IMG/VR virus record: IMGVR_UViG_3300033121_002286
DNA: 64,000 nucleotides
Reading direction: 5' to 3' (one strand)
From: an uncultured virus (IMG/VR IMGVR_UViG_3300033121_002286)
Lineage: Duplodnaviria; Heunggongvirae; Uroviricota; Caudoviricetes
Position numbers and translations under genes: made by a program. The notes under the pieces were generated by a model. That model ran no database searches. It saw nothing but the letters and a program-made list of their open reading frames with translations, and was not told the origin of the DNA. Position 1 is the first letter of the stretch, and each line of letters begins with the position of its first letter. Shown here piece by piece: positions 29,496 through 39,310 of the stretch.

Positions 29496-30210
29496 CTAAT
29501 TTTTATTCTCATTTATTATTTTTTCTAATCTCTCTTGAAATTTACTTTTCTTGACCGGTTTATTTTCTGCATTTTCTTTTAGTTGGTGTTCAACAGTATC
29601 TTTTATTGCCTTTTTGACGAAGTTGTGAAGTGTTCCAGAAATTATAACACCCAACAATCCGGTTAAACCAATTTTTCCAGCAAAAGAAAAATCTCCCCAA
29701 ATCATGAGGAACAGGCTTGCTATCATACATAAGTCTCAGAATCAAATAAAATACAATAGCCTTTTTTTATAAAACCACAATCATCATCATCATTCTCATA
29801 ATCAAAAATATCACCAACTTTTACATATTTTTTTTCATATTTAAAGCCTTGTGTGATGTATTTGTTATTTAATAAGTATTATAAAATCGAAGTCTTACAA
29901 TATCTTTTGGTAAACTATCCAGATAAACATCAAAACCTTCTGACATTTCTCCACGATAAATATCATAGTGTTTACCTTTTTTTAATTTTATTGTTAATTT
30001 TTTTTCTGCCAGCTCTTGAATATAAGATTCGTCAACATTTTTATCGCCAACATTATCAAATAGGTCTTCTATATTTTTAAAATACTCCATTGTTTGCCTG
30101 GGTACATCTACTTGTTCATTGTGACACATTAACAGTATTTTAAGATGTTTTTTATAGTCTTTATCATTATCTGCAATATAAGCCTCTATTGTATTATCCT
30201 CTGTTCCCAT
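29496..30210 (-). other. small hypothetical CDSs (29496..29726 membrane, 29869..30210)
   Basis: Short co-oriented ORFs. Confidence 0.55.
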
Positions 30211-30286
30211 GATTTTGTTTGTTTAATTATTGCTTTTTATTTTAAAATAAACATAAAATTATAAATTATAATTCAAAAAAGCAAAT

Positions 30287-30318
30287 AAAAAAGCCCCATC
30301 AAATTAATGATGAGGCTT
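30287..30318 (-). terminator. intrinsic terminator closing the His/Asn tRNA operon
   Basis: AAGCCTCATC..GATGGGGCTT followed by T tract on minus strand, directly after tRNA-Asn. Confidence 0.85.
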
Positions 30319-30320
30319 TG

Positions 30321-30629
30321 CTCTGAAGGTGGGTATCGAACCCACAACCGTGTGGTTACTGATTTGTGTTGGTTACCCAACTCTCTGGACTATTTCTTTA
30401 TCCACGTCTTTACGTTTGGATAGTGGACGCTAATTCCGGTTATTAAGAAGACTATACTTCTCCGGTAGTCTCTGAACCTTCAATCAGTGTACTGATTGCT
30501 TGGCTTAATGTTGACCTTAATTATTTAATTAAGGCTTTCGTTAAATTCATCCACAGTTTCAATCATTATTTCTAATGAAAGCTGCTAAAAATTACAGCCA
30601 CCAGCTCTGCCTAACCGAGCTCCTTCAGA
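30321..30629 (-). tRNA. tRNA-Asn(GTT) interrupted by a group I intron (exons 30594..30629 and 30321..30358)
   Basis: Acceptor TCTGAAG/CTTCAGA, D stem GCTC/GAGC, T arm GTGGG-TTCGATA-CCCAC; joined loop CTGT|TAA gives anticodon GTT; G73. Confidence 0.88.
30359..30593 (-). mobile_element. group I intron (235 nt, no ORF) at anticodon position 35/36
   Basis: P1 GCUGU/GCAGC with U-G at the 5' splice site; R element AGAGACTAC; S element AAGAAATAGTCC; terminal G. Confidence 0.88.
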
Positions 30630-30701
30630 ATATTTCAATGAACTATTACTTTTCGAGAGTATTACCCCTCTATATAACAACGATTTGTTATATTACTATT
30701 T

Positions 30702-30772
30702 GCCTCCCTGGTGGATTACAATCCCACGACCTTTTGTGCACAAACGCTCTTATGATACTGAGCTACAGGGAA
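30702..30772 (-). ncRNA. tRNA-like RNA lacking a normal anticodon loop
   Basis: Acceptor TTCCCTG/CAGGGAG, TAGCTCAG..GAGC D arm; anticodon arm collapsed to TTTGTGCACAAA; aberrant T loop. Confidence 0.65.
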
Positions 30773-30804
30773 GATGTTTAACTAATTAAAAATCAATTAG
30801 TTAT

Positions 30805-30891
30805 TGGGTGAAAGAAGGGGCTCGAACCCTCATACCTTGCGGTACGTCTTCACAGGACGCTTGGAATTTCCATTTACCAGCTACAATCACC
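30805..30891 (-). tRNA. tRNA-His(GTG), non-canonical with long variable arm
   Basis: G-1/C73, GCGTC-CTGTGAA-GACGT, variable hairpin ACC-GCAA-GGT, GGTTCGAGCC; two acceptor mismatches. Confidence 0.7.
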
Positions 30892-31171
30892 ATATATTTT
30901 ATACCCTTCCAGGTATATGTAATTTTTGTATTTTTTATTTTTCAGAGGTAAAACACCAACCATCTCAAGATTCATTATCCCTATCGGGTATAATTTTGTA
31001 TGACATATCACTCATTATATATCACAAATTGATTTAATGCATGATATATCATTCATTTTTGCCCTTCCAGAAGCTTCGAATCTTCTTTGTGCTATCTTGC
31101 AAGATATTAACACAATCCGGTCCCATAACCGGCAGAAGGTTATTCATATGTCACATTTGTTGTTCTCTCAT

Positions 31172-31510
31172 TTACAACATCAAATTTTTTAACTCTTTAG
31201 TGAGTTGGTTTTTCATTCTATTCCTTGCTGAAGACTTTTCATCCTGTCTTTCTGCCTTTAATTGTCTTCTAATTGATCTAACTTCTTTGGCGTTGTACCA
31301 GTGAGTAAAAGGTTTTTTGTTTTTTATTTTATCATCACCATAAAAGTCATCCTGATTTAAATCGTTTTCAATAAACACCAAGTTGTGTCTTTGACCTGAA
31401 ATTTTATCGGCACTTAACGATAGAGGTGTCATTTTTCTTTTTGGCTTTCTAAAACCATATTTTCCAAATCCCTTTTTGTGGCTTTTTAAGTCTTTATGTG
31501 TTTTACTCAT
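31172..31510 (-). CDS. small highly basic protein in attenuated tRNA operon
   Basis: 112 aa, K/R rich. Confidence 0.7.
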   Translation of the reverse strand: MSKTHKDLKSHKKGFGKYGFRKPKRKMTPLSLSADKISGQRHNLVFIENDLNQDDFYGDDKIKNKKPFTHWYNAKEVRSIRRQLKAERQDEKSSARNRMKNQLTKELKNLML

Positions 31511-31706
31511 GATCTAAATATTTTAAGGTTTCAACTCTCGTTTCTCTTTTAAGCTCTTGTCTATAAGCTTTTTTTAAGGAACGATTTGCATTCTTAACTT
31601 CCAGTCTTTGTTCTGGAGTTTTGCTTCTTCCATCTTCAGCAACTTTAAACTTGCTTCTGACTTTAGATTTTTTATTTCCATCTTTTATATAAGGTCTTAT
31701 TTTCAT
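31503..31706 (-). CDS. small highly basic protein in attenuated tRNA operon
   Basis: Likely start MKIRPY; KNANRSLKKAYRQELKRE. Confidence 0.7.
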   Translation of the reverse strand: MKIRPYIKDGNKKSKVRSKFKVAEDGRSKTPEQRLEVKNANRSLKKAYRQELKRETRVETLKYLDHE

Positions 31707-31753
31707 TTTTCTGTTGGTTTGATTAATTTCCCCCAGAGACCTTGTGTACATTA

Positions 31754-31766
31754 TGTCAAAGAACAT
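31754..31766 (-). promoter_or_regulatory. boxA-like antitermination element
   Basis: ATGTTCTTTGACA immediately after the attenuator terminator; similar CGTTCTTTGA at 48668..48677. Confidence 0.5.
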
Positions 31767-31802
31767 AAAACAAAAAGCCCCGGAGATTTTGTCTCCGAGG
31801 CT
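31767..31802 (-). terminator. attenuator terminator of the His/Asn tRNA operon
   Basis: AGCCTCGGAGA-CAAAA-TCTCCGGGGCT-TTTTGTTTT; 5' arm complementary to TCTCCGA in the leader ORF. Confidence 0.85.
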
Positions 31803-31828
31803 CTATGATTTTATTTGGTTCAGTTTGG

Positions 31829-31897
31829 TCAAATCATATCCATTCGGAGAATTCCTTTTCCGTTATTATTGTGATTATGATTGATTACAGTGAACAT
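31829..31897 (-). CDS. Asn/His-rich leader peptide MFTVINHNHNNNGKGILRMDMI
   Basis: 22-aa ORF between promoter (31995) and terminator; 7 consecutive Asn/His codons. Confidence 0.85.
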   Translation of the reverse strand: MFTVINHNHNNNGKGILRMDMI

Positions 31898-32086
31898 TGT
31901 GTTTTTATTTTTTATACCCTGTGAGTTGCCTGGCACCTCTTGAGTCGTTATCGTTTTATTTACAGTAAATAGTATAATTTTATTTTTCTGAACACAAACA
32001 TACAACAATAATACGCTTTTACAAACATTTTTTAATTTAAAATGTATAATTCATTGATTTGTAGGGTGATAATTTATTGAAAATTG

Positions 32087-34961
32087 TTATTTATCTGTTT
32101 GTGGGTTATAGGGTTCAGGAATGGTGATAGGTTGCCACGCAAGAGGTTCTCCTATAGATATCCATTTGTTTTTGTAAGGATTAAATAATGCCTTTACAGT
32201 AAAAATGCTATCATCTACCTTTACTGTCAAATAATATCTTCCCGATACAATAGGATTTCTCACTTCAACTAGAATCCAACTGGGTTGAGTTTGAGAAACA
32301 CATTCGTTATAAGCTTCTATTACAGCAGATTCATAAAATAAAAAATCATCTTCGTAATCATCTGTGCAGTTGTGTGTTATTTTTCTCCTCAATATTTCTT
32401 TAAATGGGTTTGTTTTCATTTCGGTATTCTTAGATCTTTGGTTAAATTAATGACTATTTTTCAAAAATATTAAGGATCATTTTTATTTCATTAATCTTTG
32501 CATTTGCTCCATGGTTTATACCATTTTCGAACCCTTTATCATAAACCTTTTGTAACACATCTTCAAACCTATAAGGCTCATACAAATTCACCTCTCCTAC
32601 TTGCGGAATGAAAAATTTGTTAGGGTGAATTTTGCTATTCATATGAATTACACCCATTTTTTCTAAATCTTTTTTTGTTATATTTTTCATTTCGGTTGTT
32701 ATTTTTAGCAAACAGAATTTTCTCTAATACATTTTTCTATTGAGTTTTTGTCCCAAAGTTTTTTAACTGGGAAATCTTTTATTTTCTGAGTGTCAATACC
32801 AATAAAAGGCCTATTGTATTTTTTAACGCACTCTTTAATAAAATTAATCATTTCCTTTTTGCTCATATCTTTAGAAACATAAAAGTCATAACCCAAAGTT
32901 GGTGGTCCCCCACATTTAATATCCGCCCAGTCATTATCTTTACAATAAACACTATACAATATAGCTTCGCAAACTTCAATTGTTTTTGTTTTCATATTAT
33001 AATTTATTTAATAAATCTTGTATATCATCCCACTTAACAAACCTACTATTTTTAGTTTTTTGTGTTGTTAAAAAAATATCACTATCATCCTCCTCGTTAA
33101 TTTCAGCGTCACAAGTGTATCTATCCAACTTAGATAATAAATTTTAACATCAGATATGTGTAGCTTTTTTATCTGTGCTTTATTTTATTTTTTCATTAAA
33201 TCTGTGTGTTTAAACTTGTTTATTAAAACAATGTGTTACAATACCCTTGTATTTAATATAAAACCCAGTAATATGATTTAAAACGAATTCTTTTGCTTTT
33301 TGTTCGTTTAATTTTTTATCGCTTTTTTTATTACTAGATTCTCCACTTGCCAAATCTGGGTGTTGAATGTGCACATCTGCTCTAGAAAGTTCAAGATTCA
33401 TATCTTGAATCAACTGTTTTTTCATTTCTCGCTCTGACAATAAAATCTTTAAAATAGCGGGAGTAACACTTTCATCTGTTGCTAGATGTTCAATAATTAA
33501 ACGTTCCTTGGTTTGATCATCATAAATTTTATGATCAACAATTTCTTTGATTTTTTTTTAAATTCATAACTCTGATTTTAATTATTTTACAATATGAGAC
33601 TCAACCCAATCCTTTAGGTCAACATTTAAAAAATGTTGAATTAATTTCTCGTGGTCATGTGTTCTTTGTTCCTCCAAAGAACTCCATTGCCCTATAATAT
33701 ATCGTGTTAAAGATTCGAGATCTATAATAGAAACAGATCCACTATCATTTACGATTTTTATGATTTTGTTTTTCATTTTTCAGTTTATTTGAGTTTAAAG
33801 ATTTTAAAATGTTTATGGCAAATTTCTCAAGCCCTTTATCCTTTAAATACAATTTACCACTTGAATCTTTGTTATTAATAAATTGCACTTGAACATAGGG
33901 TTTATCTTTAGGTTTTTTGCCTATTATGGAAATTGTTGCATCACAACGTGTATTTATTTTCTCCAACTTAAATGTTGTTTTCATTTTTATTATCATTTAA
34001 TTCATGTATTCTTATTGCTGAACCTTGTCCATCAATTCTTTCGAAAACACACTTTTCGTAAACATACATTGAGGATGTAAACGTACAACCAAATTTTTCA
34101 TATTCTTCATCAGTTGCTTCTCTGCCATATTTTCCTGCAAACTTGTATAAGAACCAATACAAATCTTCTGGGGGCTCAATACCTCTATTGTACCAGCGAT
34201 CTCTGTATTTTTTGGATTCATATTTTTCTTCTACTTTTTTCACAGTTTCAAAAAAACGATTACCAACTTTTTTTTGAAATCGTTCCATTTGATTTTCTAG
34301 CAGTACCTCTTTCCTTTCTATGTTTTCAAAAAACTCTTTAGTTTGCCGTTCTCCCTCCTCGGAATTCAGCCACTCCTTCCACTTTTCAAATCTACTTTCT
34401 AAGTCCTGGTTCATGGCTGTTTTTTTTTAATTGTTGTCTATAATAAGCGACTTCTAAGCTGTCTTTTGTTAAATTGATTGCATAAATAGCATAGCCGGTT
34501 TGAGATGAGGAATATGTTTTGTAAAAAACCTCAAACTTCATCTCATCAAAATATTGCACTTGCGTAATATATCCTTCTGACCAATAAGTGGTCGCTTTAG
34601 ATTCCCTTACTTTAATCTCACAATTGCTTAATATAACACAAACTATAAGCATAACAGTTTTTTTCATGGCTGTTTATTTTGGTAAATAATAAATATTTTT
34701 ATGTTGAATAATCTTCACTAAAGATACACAAAAAACGTTTTCTTGAGCTACCTGAAATGCAATTGTTCTTTTTGGCTTTGTTCCTTTTTTGGTGGTTGTT
34801 CTTGAAAGTTTTTTTAAAACTATATCACTTCTCGATTCTTTTTTTATTTTAAAATTTCCTTTAGAATCTCTACTATATGCACTGGCAAAACGGAAATGTG
34901 ACCAGGGAACATACATGTATGTTATTCCGAAAGGTCCACTATATGGATTTGTAAACACCAT
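32087..34961 (-). other. run of small hypothetical CDSs (32087, 32454, 32705, 33210, 33582, 33745, 33968, 34392, 34674)
   Basis: Closely packed co-oriented short ORFs typical of phage early regions. Confidence 0.6.
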
Positions 34962-34992
34962 AGTTTTAAAGGTATTTTATTAACTTAATTTT

Positions 34993-35019
34993 AAACGAAA
35001 AAAGTTCAAAAAAGTTACA
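34993..35019 (-). promoter_or_regulatory. ECF-sigma-type promoter TGTAAC-N16-CGTTT
   Basis: Exact motif heading the small-ORF run. Confidence 0.7.
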
Positions 35020-35077
35020 AAAATTAAAATTTGATATTTTTTGCTATATTTGTAATTATAAATTATAAAATCAACGT

Positions 35078-35926
35078 ATGTACAACGATATTCTCATTTT
35101 TAAAAACAACAGCTTATTAATTGAATATTATAGCAATGAATCAAAGCAAAAAGAGATTGATGAAGTAGATCCTGATTTTTTTTACACACTTTATGATTGC
35201 AAGGTTGTGTTTGATAAAAGCCTAACAGTAGAAGGCTTTTTAATGGCATTAAAACCATTTATAGAAATTATAGAATTTCATTTTGCATCTTATCTGGAAG
35301 GTGTTGAATTAAAGCCCTATTATAAGTTACTAAAAAAGAAGCCCGAAATAATTAAAGGCAATAAAAGTAAAATTGAATATATAGAAATGTATTGGGTTTG
35401 TGAGATTTTTCAATTTTTTGATGAGTTGGAAAACAAACATGTTAGTGAGTTTGAAAAATATGGAAACTATCACGGGGTTTCTGATGATGAAGGGGAGTAT
35501 TTTGGAATGGGACTTACACCTTTAAATAATTGGAAACACTATAATTTAAAACTTAACCCAAAATTAGAATGCTATTTGAATGGAGAGGGTGTCGTTCAAG
35601 CTAAATTGTTTGAGGCTGAGTTACAATGGTCCCTGCACGATGTGATTCGATATTTCTTTTATGAACTAACATTTTTGGGATCTGTTGAAGATAGTGAGGC
35701 TTTTAGAGAGGATATGGATAGAAGAATAGAGGAGGTTAGAAATGGAGGAGCGGAGATTGGTAAAACTTATAATTTAGATGATTTAAAATCAGAATATGAA
35801 TTAGAAACACTCACAAGACAATTAAATTCTGCCGTAGAAAAAGAAGATTATGAAATAGCTCAAAGACTAAAAGAAAAAATTGACAGGCTTAATTCTGAAA
35901 ATAAAAATTCAAAGCCCAAAAGCTGA
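35078..35926 (+). CDS. protein with C-terminal UvrB/UvrC (UVR) motif
   Basis: LNSAVEKEDYEIAQRLKEKI. Confidence 0.75.
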   Translation: MYNDILIFKNNSLLIEYYSNESKQKEIDEVDPDFFYTLYDCKVVFDKSLTVEGFLMALKPFIEIIEFHFASYLEGVELKPYYKLLKKKPEIIKGNKSKIEYIEMYWVCEIFQFFDELENKHVSEFEKYGNYHGVSDDEGEYFGMGLTPLNNWKHYNLKLNPKLECYLNGEGVVQAKLFEAELQWSLHDVIRYFFYELTFLGSVEDSEAFREDMDRRIEEVRNGGAEIGKTYNLDDLKSEYELETLTRQLNSAVEKEDYEIAQRLKEKIDRLNSENKNSKPKS

Positions 35927-36226
35927 ATTGTCAAAATCCTTATCTAACTTAAAAATAATTGGAGTTGGATCTGGACCAATAGGATCAACACCGCAAGTCA
36001 TCATACCTGTAGAACAAATTGTAAAATTTAAATTAACAAATTGAGGTTGATCTTTAGATATTTTAAGAGTTGTGAAAATCAAAGATTTTTCCTCAATATT
36101 TTTTTCAGCATACCTTTCAGACTCAACAGTGTCAAATTCTAAAATAATTTCTTTTGGTGTGTTTGATATATGTTTAATTTGCCTGATCCAATCATGTACA
36201 CTAATTTCACAAATCAATTGATCCAT
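35909..36226 (-). CDS. EF-ERY module fused to tail-sheath-like C-terminal fragment
   Basis: LEFDTVESERY; TLKISKDQPQFVNLNFTICSTG. Confidence 0.55.
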   Translation of the reverse strand: MDQLICEISVHDWIRQIKHISNTPKEIILEFDTVESERYAEKNIEEKSLIFTTLKISKDQPQFVNLNFTICSTGMMTCGVDPIGPDPTPIIFKLDKDFDNSAFGL

Positions 36227-36605
36227 AATAATTTTTTTTTATTTTTTTATTTTTATATCTTCTTGAGATTTTTTTTCTTGGCTTAAAATCTGGTTCACTT
36301 ATCCAAACAGCTGGTGTTACATACGTAGGGATATATGGTGCCCAAACATAACCGGCATCAAACCACGACTTATTTTCTATAAGTCTTTCACAATACCTTT
36401 CTTCATCAATAGAATCAAACTCCAAAAGTAGTTCTGGTACAGATACAGAATAATAAAACAGAGTTCCACCGCTAGAATATATATTCACATGTTGTTTTGG
36501 TTCTTCTGCCATTTGCAGGCCTCCCCAAAACTCAGCTTCTTTTTCTGCTTGTGGAAATTTATAATTGTTTGACTTTTTTATCTTTTTTTTCATGTGAATT
36601 TTCAC
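36207..36605 (-). CDS. EF-ERY module fused to major-capsid (gp23-like) fragment
   Basis: LEFDSIDEERY; FDAGYVWAPYIPTYVTP..PDFKPRKKISRRY. Confidence 0.7.
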   Translation of the reverse strand: MKIHMKKKIKKSNNYKFPQAEKEAEFWGGLQMAEEPKQHVNIYSSGGTLFYYSVSVPELLLEFDSIDEERYCERLIENKSWFDAGYVWAPYIPTYVTPAVWISEPDFKPRKKISRRYKNKKIKKNYYGSIDL

Positions 36606-36817
36606 CTTTCTATATAAAATACTTCTGGTATCTCTAGGTTTGGTATTTTAAGGGATGCGTACATCTTCTTTTTCATTTCATATATAAGATCCTCAATTTC
36701 ACTTCCGGTCATACCATGTATACTAATTTCAAGAATTCTTCTAATATGTCTTCCATCACCATATCTTTCAATATCAACAGGTTCAAATTCAATTAATATT
36801 TTTCTTTGATTACTCAT
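36602..36817 (-). CDS. EF-ERY module fused to portal (gp20-like) fragments
   Basis: IEFEPVDIERY; RRILEISIHGMTGSEIEDLIYEMKKKMYASLKIP. Confidence 0.55.
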   Translation of the reverse strand: MSNQRKILIEFEPVDIERYGDGRHIRRILEISIHGMTGSEIEDLIYEMKKKMYASLKIPNLEIPEVFYIER

Positions 36818-36992
36818 TCCAATTCTAAATTAAATAGACTTCTCATTATCTCTATGTCAATTTCTTCTGCCAACGCCTGTGATAATAAACCAACAAGCGA
36901 CTCTTCAGCATCCCACCATTCAATCCATTTTTACCATATCTTTCAATATCAACAGGTTCAAATTCAAGTAATAAAACACCAGACGCTTTCAT
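36814..36992 (-). pseudogene. EF-ERY module fused to second major-capsid-like fragment; 1-nt frameshift in an A5 run (possible assembly error)
   Basis: LEFEPVDIERYGK / WDAEESLVGLLSQALAEEIDIEIMRSL; corrected frame ends in ATGA overlap with next gene; 35 bp identical between 36758..36792 and 36933..36967. Confidence 0.6.
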
Positions 36993-37205
36993 GATCATAA
37001 ATATAATAATTAAAAATTAGAAAAAAAACACTAAAAATGTTTCCGAACTGGTTAAAAACAAATCTGAGCAAGTAATATTTGCTGGTAAAGTAGGCAGAGT
37101 TAATATTTAATTAAATCTAAAATGTTTAAAAAAACAATAATTTCGAATGTTTTTATAATATAAAATTTACATAAAAAATTTTTAAGATTAGTTTCATATT
37201 TAGTT

Positions 37206-37619
37206 GTGAAAACAAAAAACATGAAAAAGACATTTAGAATAGCAATTATAATAATTTTAACAGCCCTTTCAATTGCCGCAATGGGTGTTCATTTGTTTAG
37301 CAAACCACATCAAGATATAAGCAATGAAACCCCAGCGTTATCAATTAATTCTAGTTTATTGGTGGCAGACTTTGAAGGAGATGAGAATATAGCCAACTCA
37401 AAATACTTGGGGAAAATAATAGAAGTAACTGGCACAATCACTGAAAAAGATAGTGTAAGTATAATATTAAAAGCCACTGATTTGTCCGGTGTTAACTGTG
37501 CTATGGACAAAAATTATAAAATAGATCATTTAAAAGAGGGACAACAAGTTAAAATAAAAGGAATTTGCACCGGGATATTAATGGACGTTGTTTTGGTGGA
37601 TTGTGTTATAGAAAATTAA
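37206..37619 (+). CDS. membrane-anchored OB-fold protein (tRNA_anti-like)
   Basis: TM helix, ANSKYLGKIIEVTGTI, LKEGQQVKIKGICTG. Confidence 0.75.
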   Translation: MKTKNMKKTFRIAIIIILTALSIAAMGVHLFSKPHQDISNETPALSINSSLLVADFEGDENIANSKYLGKIIEVTGTITEKDSVSIILKATDLSGVNCAMDKNYKIDHLKEGQQVKIKGICTGILMDVVLVDCVIEN

Positions 37620-37622
37620 AAA

Positions 37623-38498
37623 TCAAAGTTCTGGAACTTTGTAGTCAGACCAATATTTATATAATCTTTTTGTGATATTTTTTTTCATTATATCCGTTAG
37701 CTGCTTCCAACCTTCAAATCTATATTTGAAATCCTTATAAACTTCATCAAATGGTTTTTTATAAGCTTCAGTATAAGAGTTATCCTTAAATTTATCAAAA
37801 TGAATTTTGTTAATTGCCTGAGTCATCCTAGCGTTAATTTCATGCGGCAACCTCCAATAAGACAAAAACATATCAGCATCTTTTTCTAAGGTTTTTTCTT
37901 CTTTTGAATAGTTTACAAATTTATTCTGAAATTTATTCCATCTTTTGGAGTTTAAATATTTTCCCCCAGATCTGTAATCATCATAGGCGTGTCTTAGTTC
38001 ATGCAATAGTGTATCGTGAAATTTATAATACAATTTAAAATAAATGTCATCAGATTTTGGCTCCATGGGTTTGTCAAAAAGCATGTATTTTCTATTTAAC
38101 ATTAAATAAATATCTAATAGATCATCCATTTCGTAAACCAGGAAAATAGAATGCGGTCTGACATACCAACCTTTACTTGTTGTGGAGTCTGTCATCTTTT
38201 TTTCAGAAGATGTTAAATAAACAGAAATGTTGTTCTCTTCAATCCACCTTTGAAAAACTTCTGGCAATGAACTTAAATCCAAAACCCCTTTATAAAAATT
38301 AAAATCTCCTTCATATAAAACAAACCTTTTCTTACCATCACTTTCTGTTTGAGCATATATTTTGCTCCTTTGCTTCTTAAATAGTTCTTCAGCAATGTAT
38401 TTCAACATTAAAGTTGTGAGATTATTTAGGCTTTTTTCATCCTCTAAACCCTCTTTAATTAAATCCCTTACAAACCTTCTGATCTCATGGAGTTCCAT
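37623..38498 (-). CDS. putative zincin-type HExxH protein with IRRFVRDLIKE leader
   Basis: LLHELRHAYD..Y..PHEINAR; start reassigned to MELHEI after TATTTAT. Confidence 0.65.
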   Translation of the reverse strand: MELHEIRRFVRDLIKEGLEDEKSLNNLTTLMLKYIAEELFKKQRSKIYAQTESDGKKRFVLYEGDFNFYKGVLDLSSLPEVFQRWIEENNISVYLTSSEKKMTDSTTSKGWYVRPHSIFLVYEMDDLLDIYLMLNRKYMLFDKPMEPKSDDIYFKLYYKFHDTLLHELRHAYDDYRSGGKYLNSKRWNKFQNKFVNYSKEEKTLEKDADMFLSYWRLPHEINARMTQAINKIHFDKFKDNSYTEAYKKPFDEVYKDFKYRFEGWKQLTDIMKKNITKRLYKYWSDYKVPEL

Positions 38499-38571
38499 GG
38501 AAATAAATAGCTGTAGAAAAATACTGCGGGAATGATTTTCGAATTTTTCAGCATATTTATTTCGAAAAGAT

Positions 38572-39156
38572 ATGGCACAAAAAATACGCAAATTAGATTC
38601 TCCACAATCTGCTGGTGGCAGAGCAACTGCAATTATTTTAAGAAAAAAAGCATTAGAATCATATTATAGCAACCCATCAATTTGTAAACAATGCTCAAAA
38701 ATAATTACAGTTCAAGACAATCAAAAAGTTCCAGATGTAAGGAGAAAAAAGTTTTGTAGTCAATCATGTTCTGCTTCACATAACAACTCCATAAGAGAAA
38801 GAAAAATAAAATTAAAAGTTTTAAAAGAAAAAAAAATAATTGATAAATTTAATTGTTTAAAGAATATTTCTAAAAAAGAAATGTTCGATAAATGTCCAAA
38901 TTACCAATCAGCCAGAGCGAGGATTCAAAAACACGCAAGATATATATACTCAATTTCAAACAAACCAGAGTGTTGTTCCGAATGTGGATATGATAAACAC
39001 TATGAAGTCTGCCATATAAAACCGGTTTCTAAATTTAGTGATGAATCATTAATAATTGAAAATATAAATAACATTAATAATTTAATAGCGTTTTGCCCAA
39101 CACATCATTGGGAATTTGACAATGGTATTTTAAAAATAAAAACCTCCAATAGATAA
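38572..39156 (+). CDS. HNH endonuclease with N-terminal Zn-binding motif
   Basis: CKQC..FCSQSC; CSECG..EVCHIKP..NLIAFCPTHHWEFD. Confidence 0.85.
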   Translation: MAQKIRKLDSPQSAGGRATAIILRKKALESYYSNPSICKQCSKIITVQDNQKVPDVRRKKFCSQSCSASHNNSIRERKIKLKVLKEKKIIDKFNCLKNISKKEMFDKCPNYQSARARIQKHARYIYSISNKPECCSECGYDKHYEVCHIKPVSKFSDESLIIENINNINNLIAFCPTHHWEFDNGILKIKTSNR

Positions 39157-39182
39157 CTACTACGGAGGTTTTTATTTAATTG

Positions 39183-39265
39183 TAGCGGAAGGAGGACTCG
39201 AACCTCCGAGGCGTTATGCACTAGATTATGAGTCTAGACCGATGACCATCTTCGGACATTCCGCA
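39183..39265 (-). tRNA. tRNA-Met(CAT), 1:72 mismatch, enlarged variable region
   Basis: TGCGGAA/TTCCGCT-A; CTAGA-CTCATAA-TCTAG; GGAGG-TTCGAGT-CCTCC. Confidence 0.85.
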
Positions 39266-39310
39266 ATATAATTGTAAATATACATAAATAATTTTATAAT
39301 GCAATAGATA

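Noticed and set aside
31915..31955. SAM-riboswitch-like words (AAGAG, GGTGCC, GGCAAC) upstream of the Asn/His leader
   Set aside because: Too short, motif order wrong, no supporting helices
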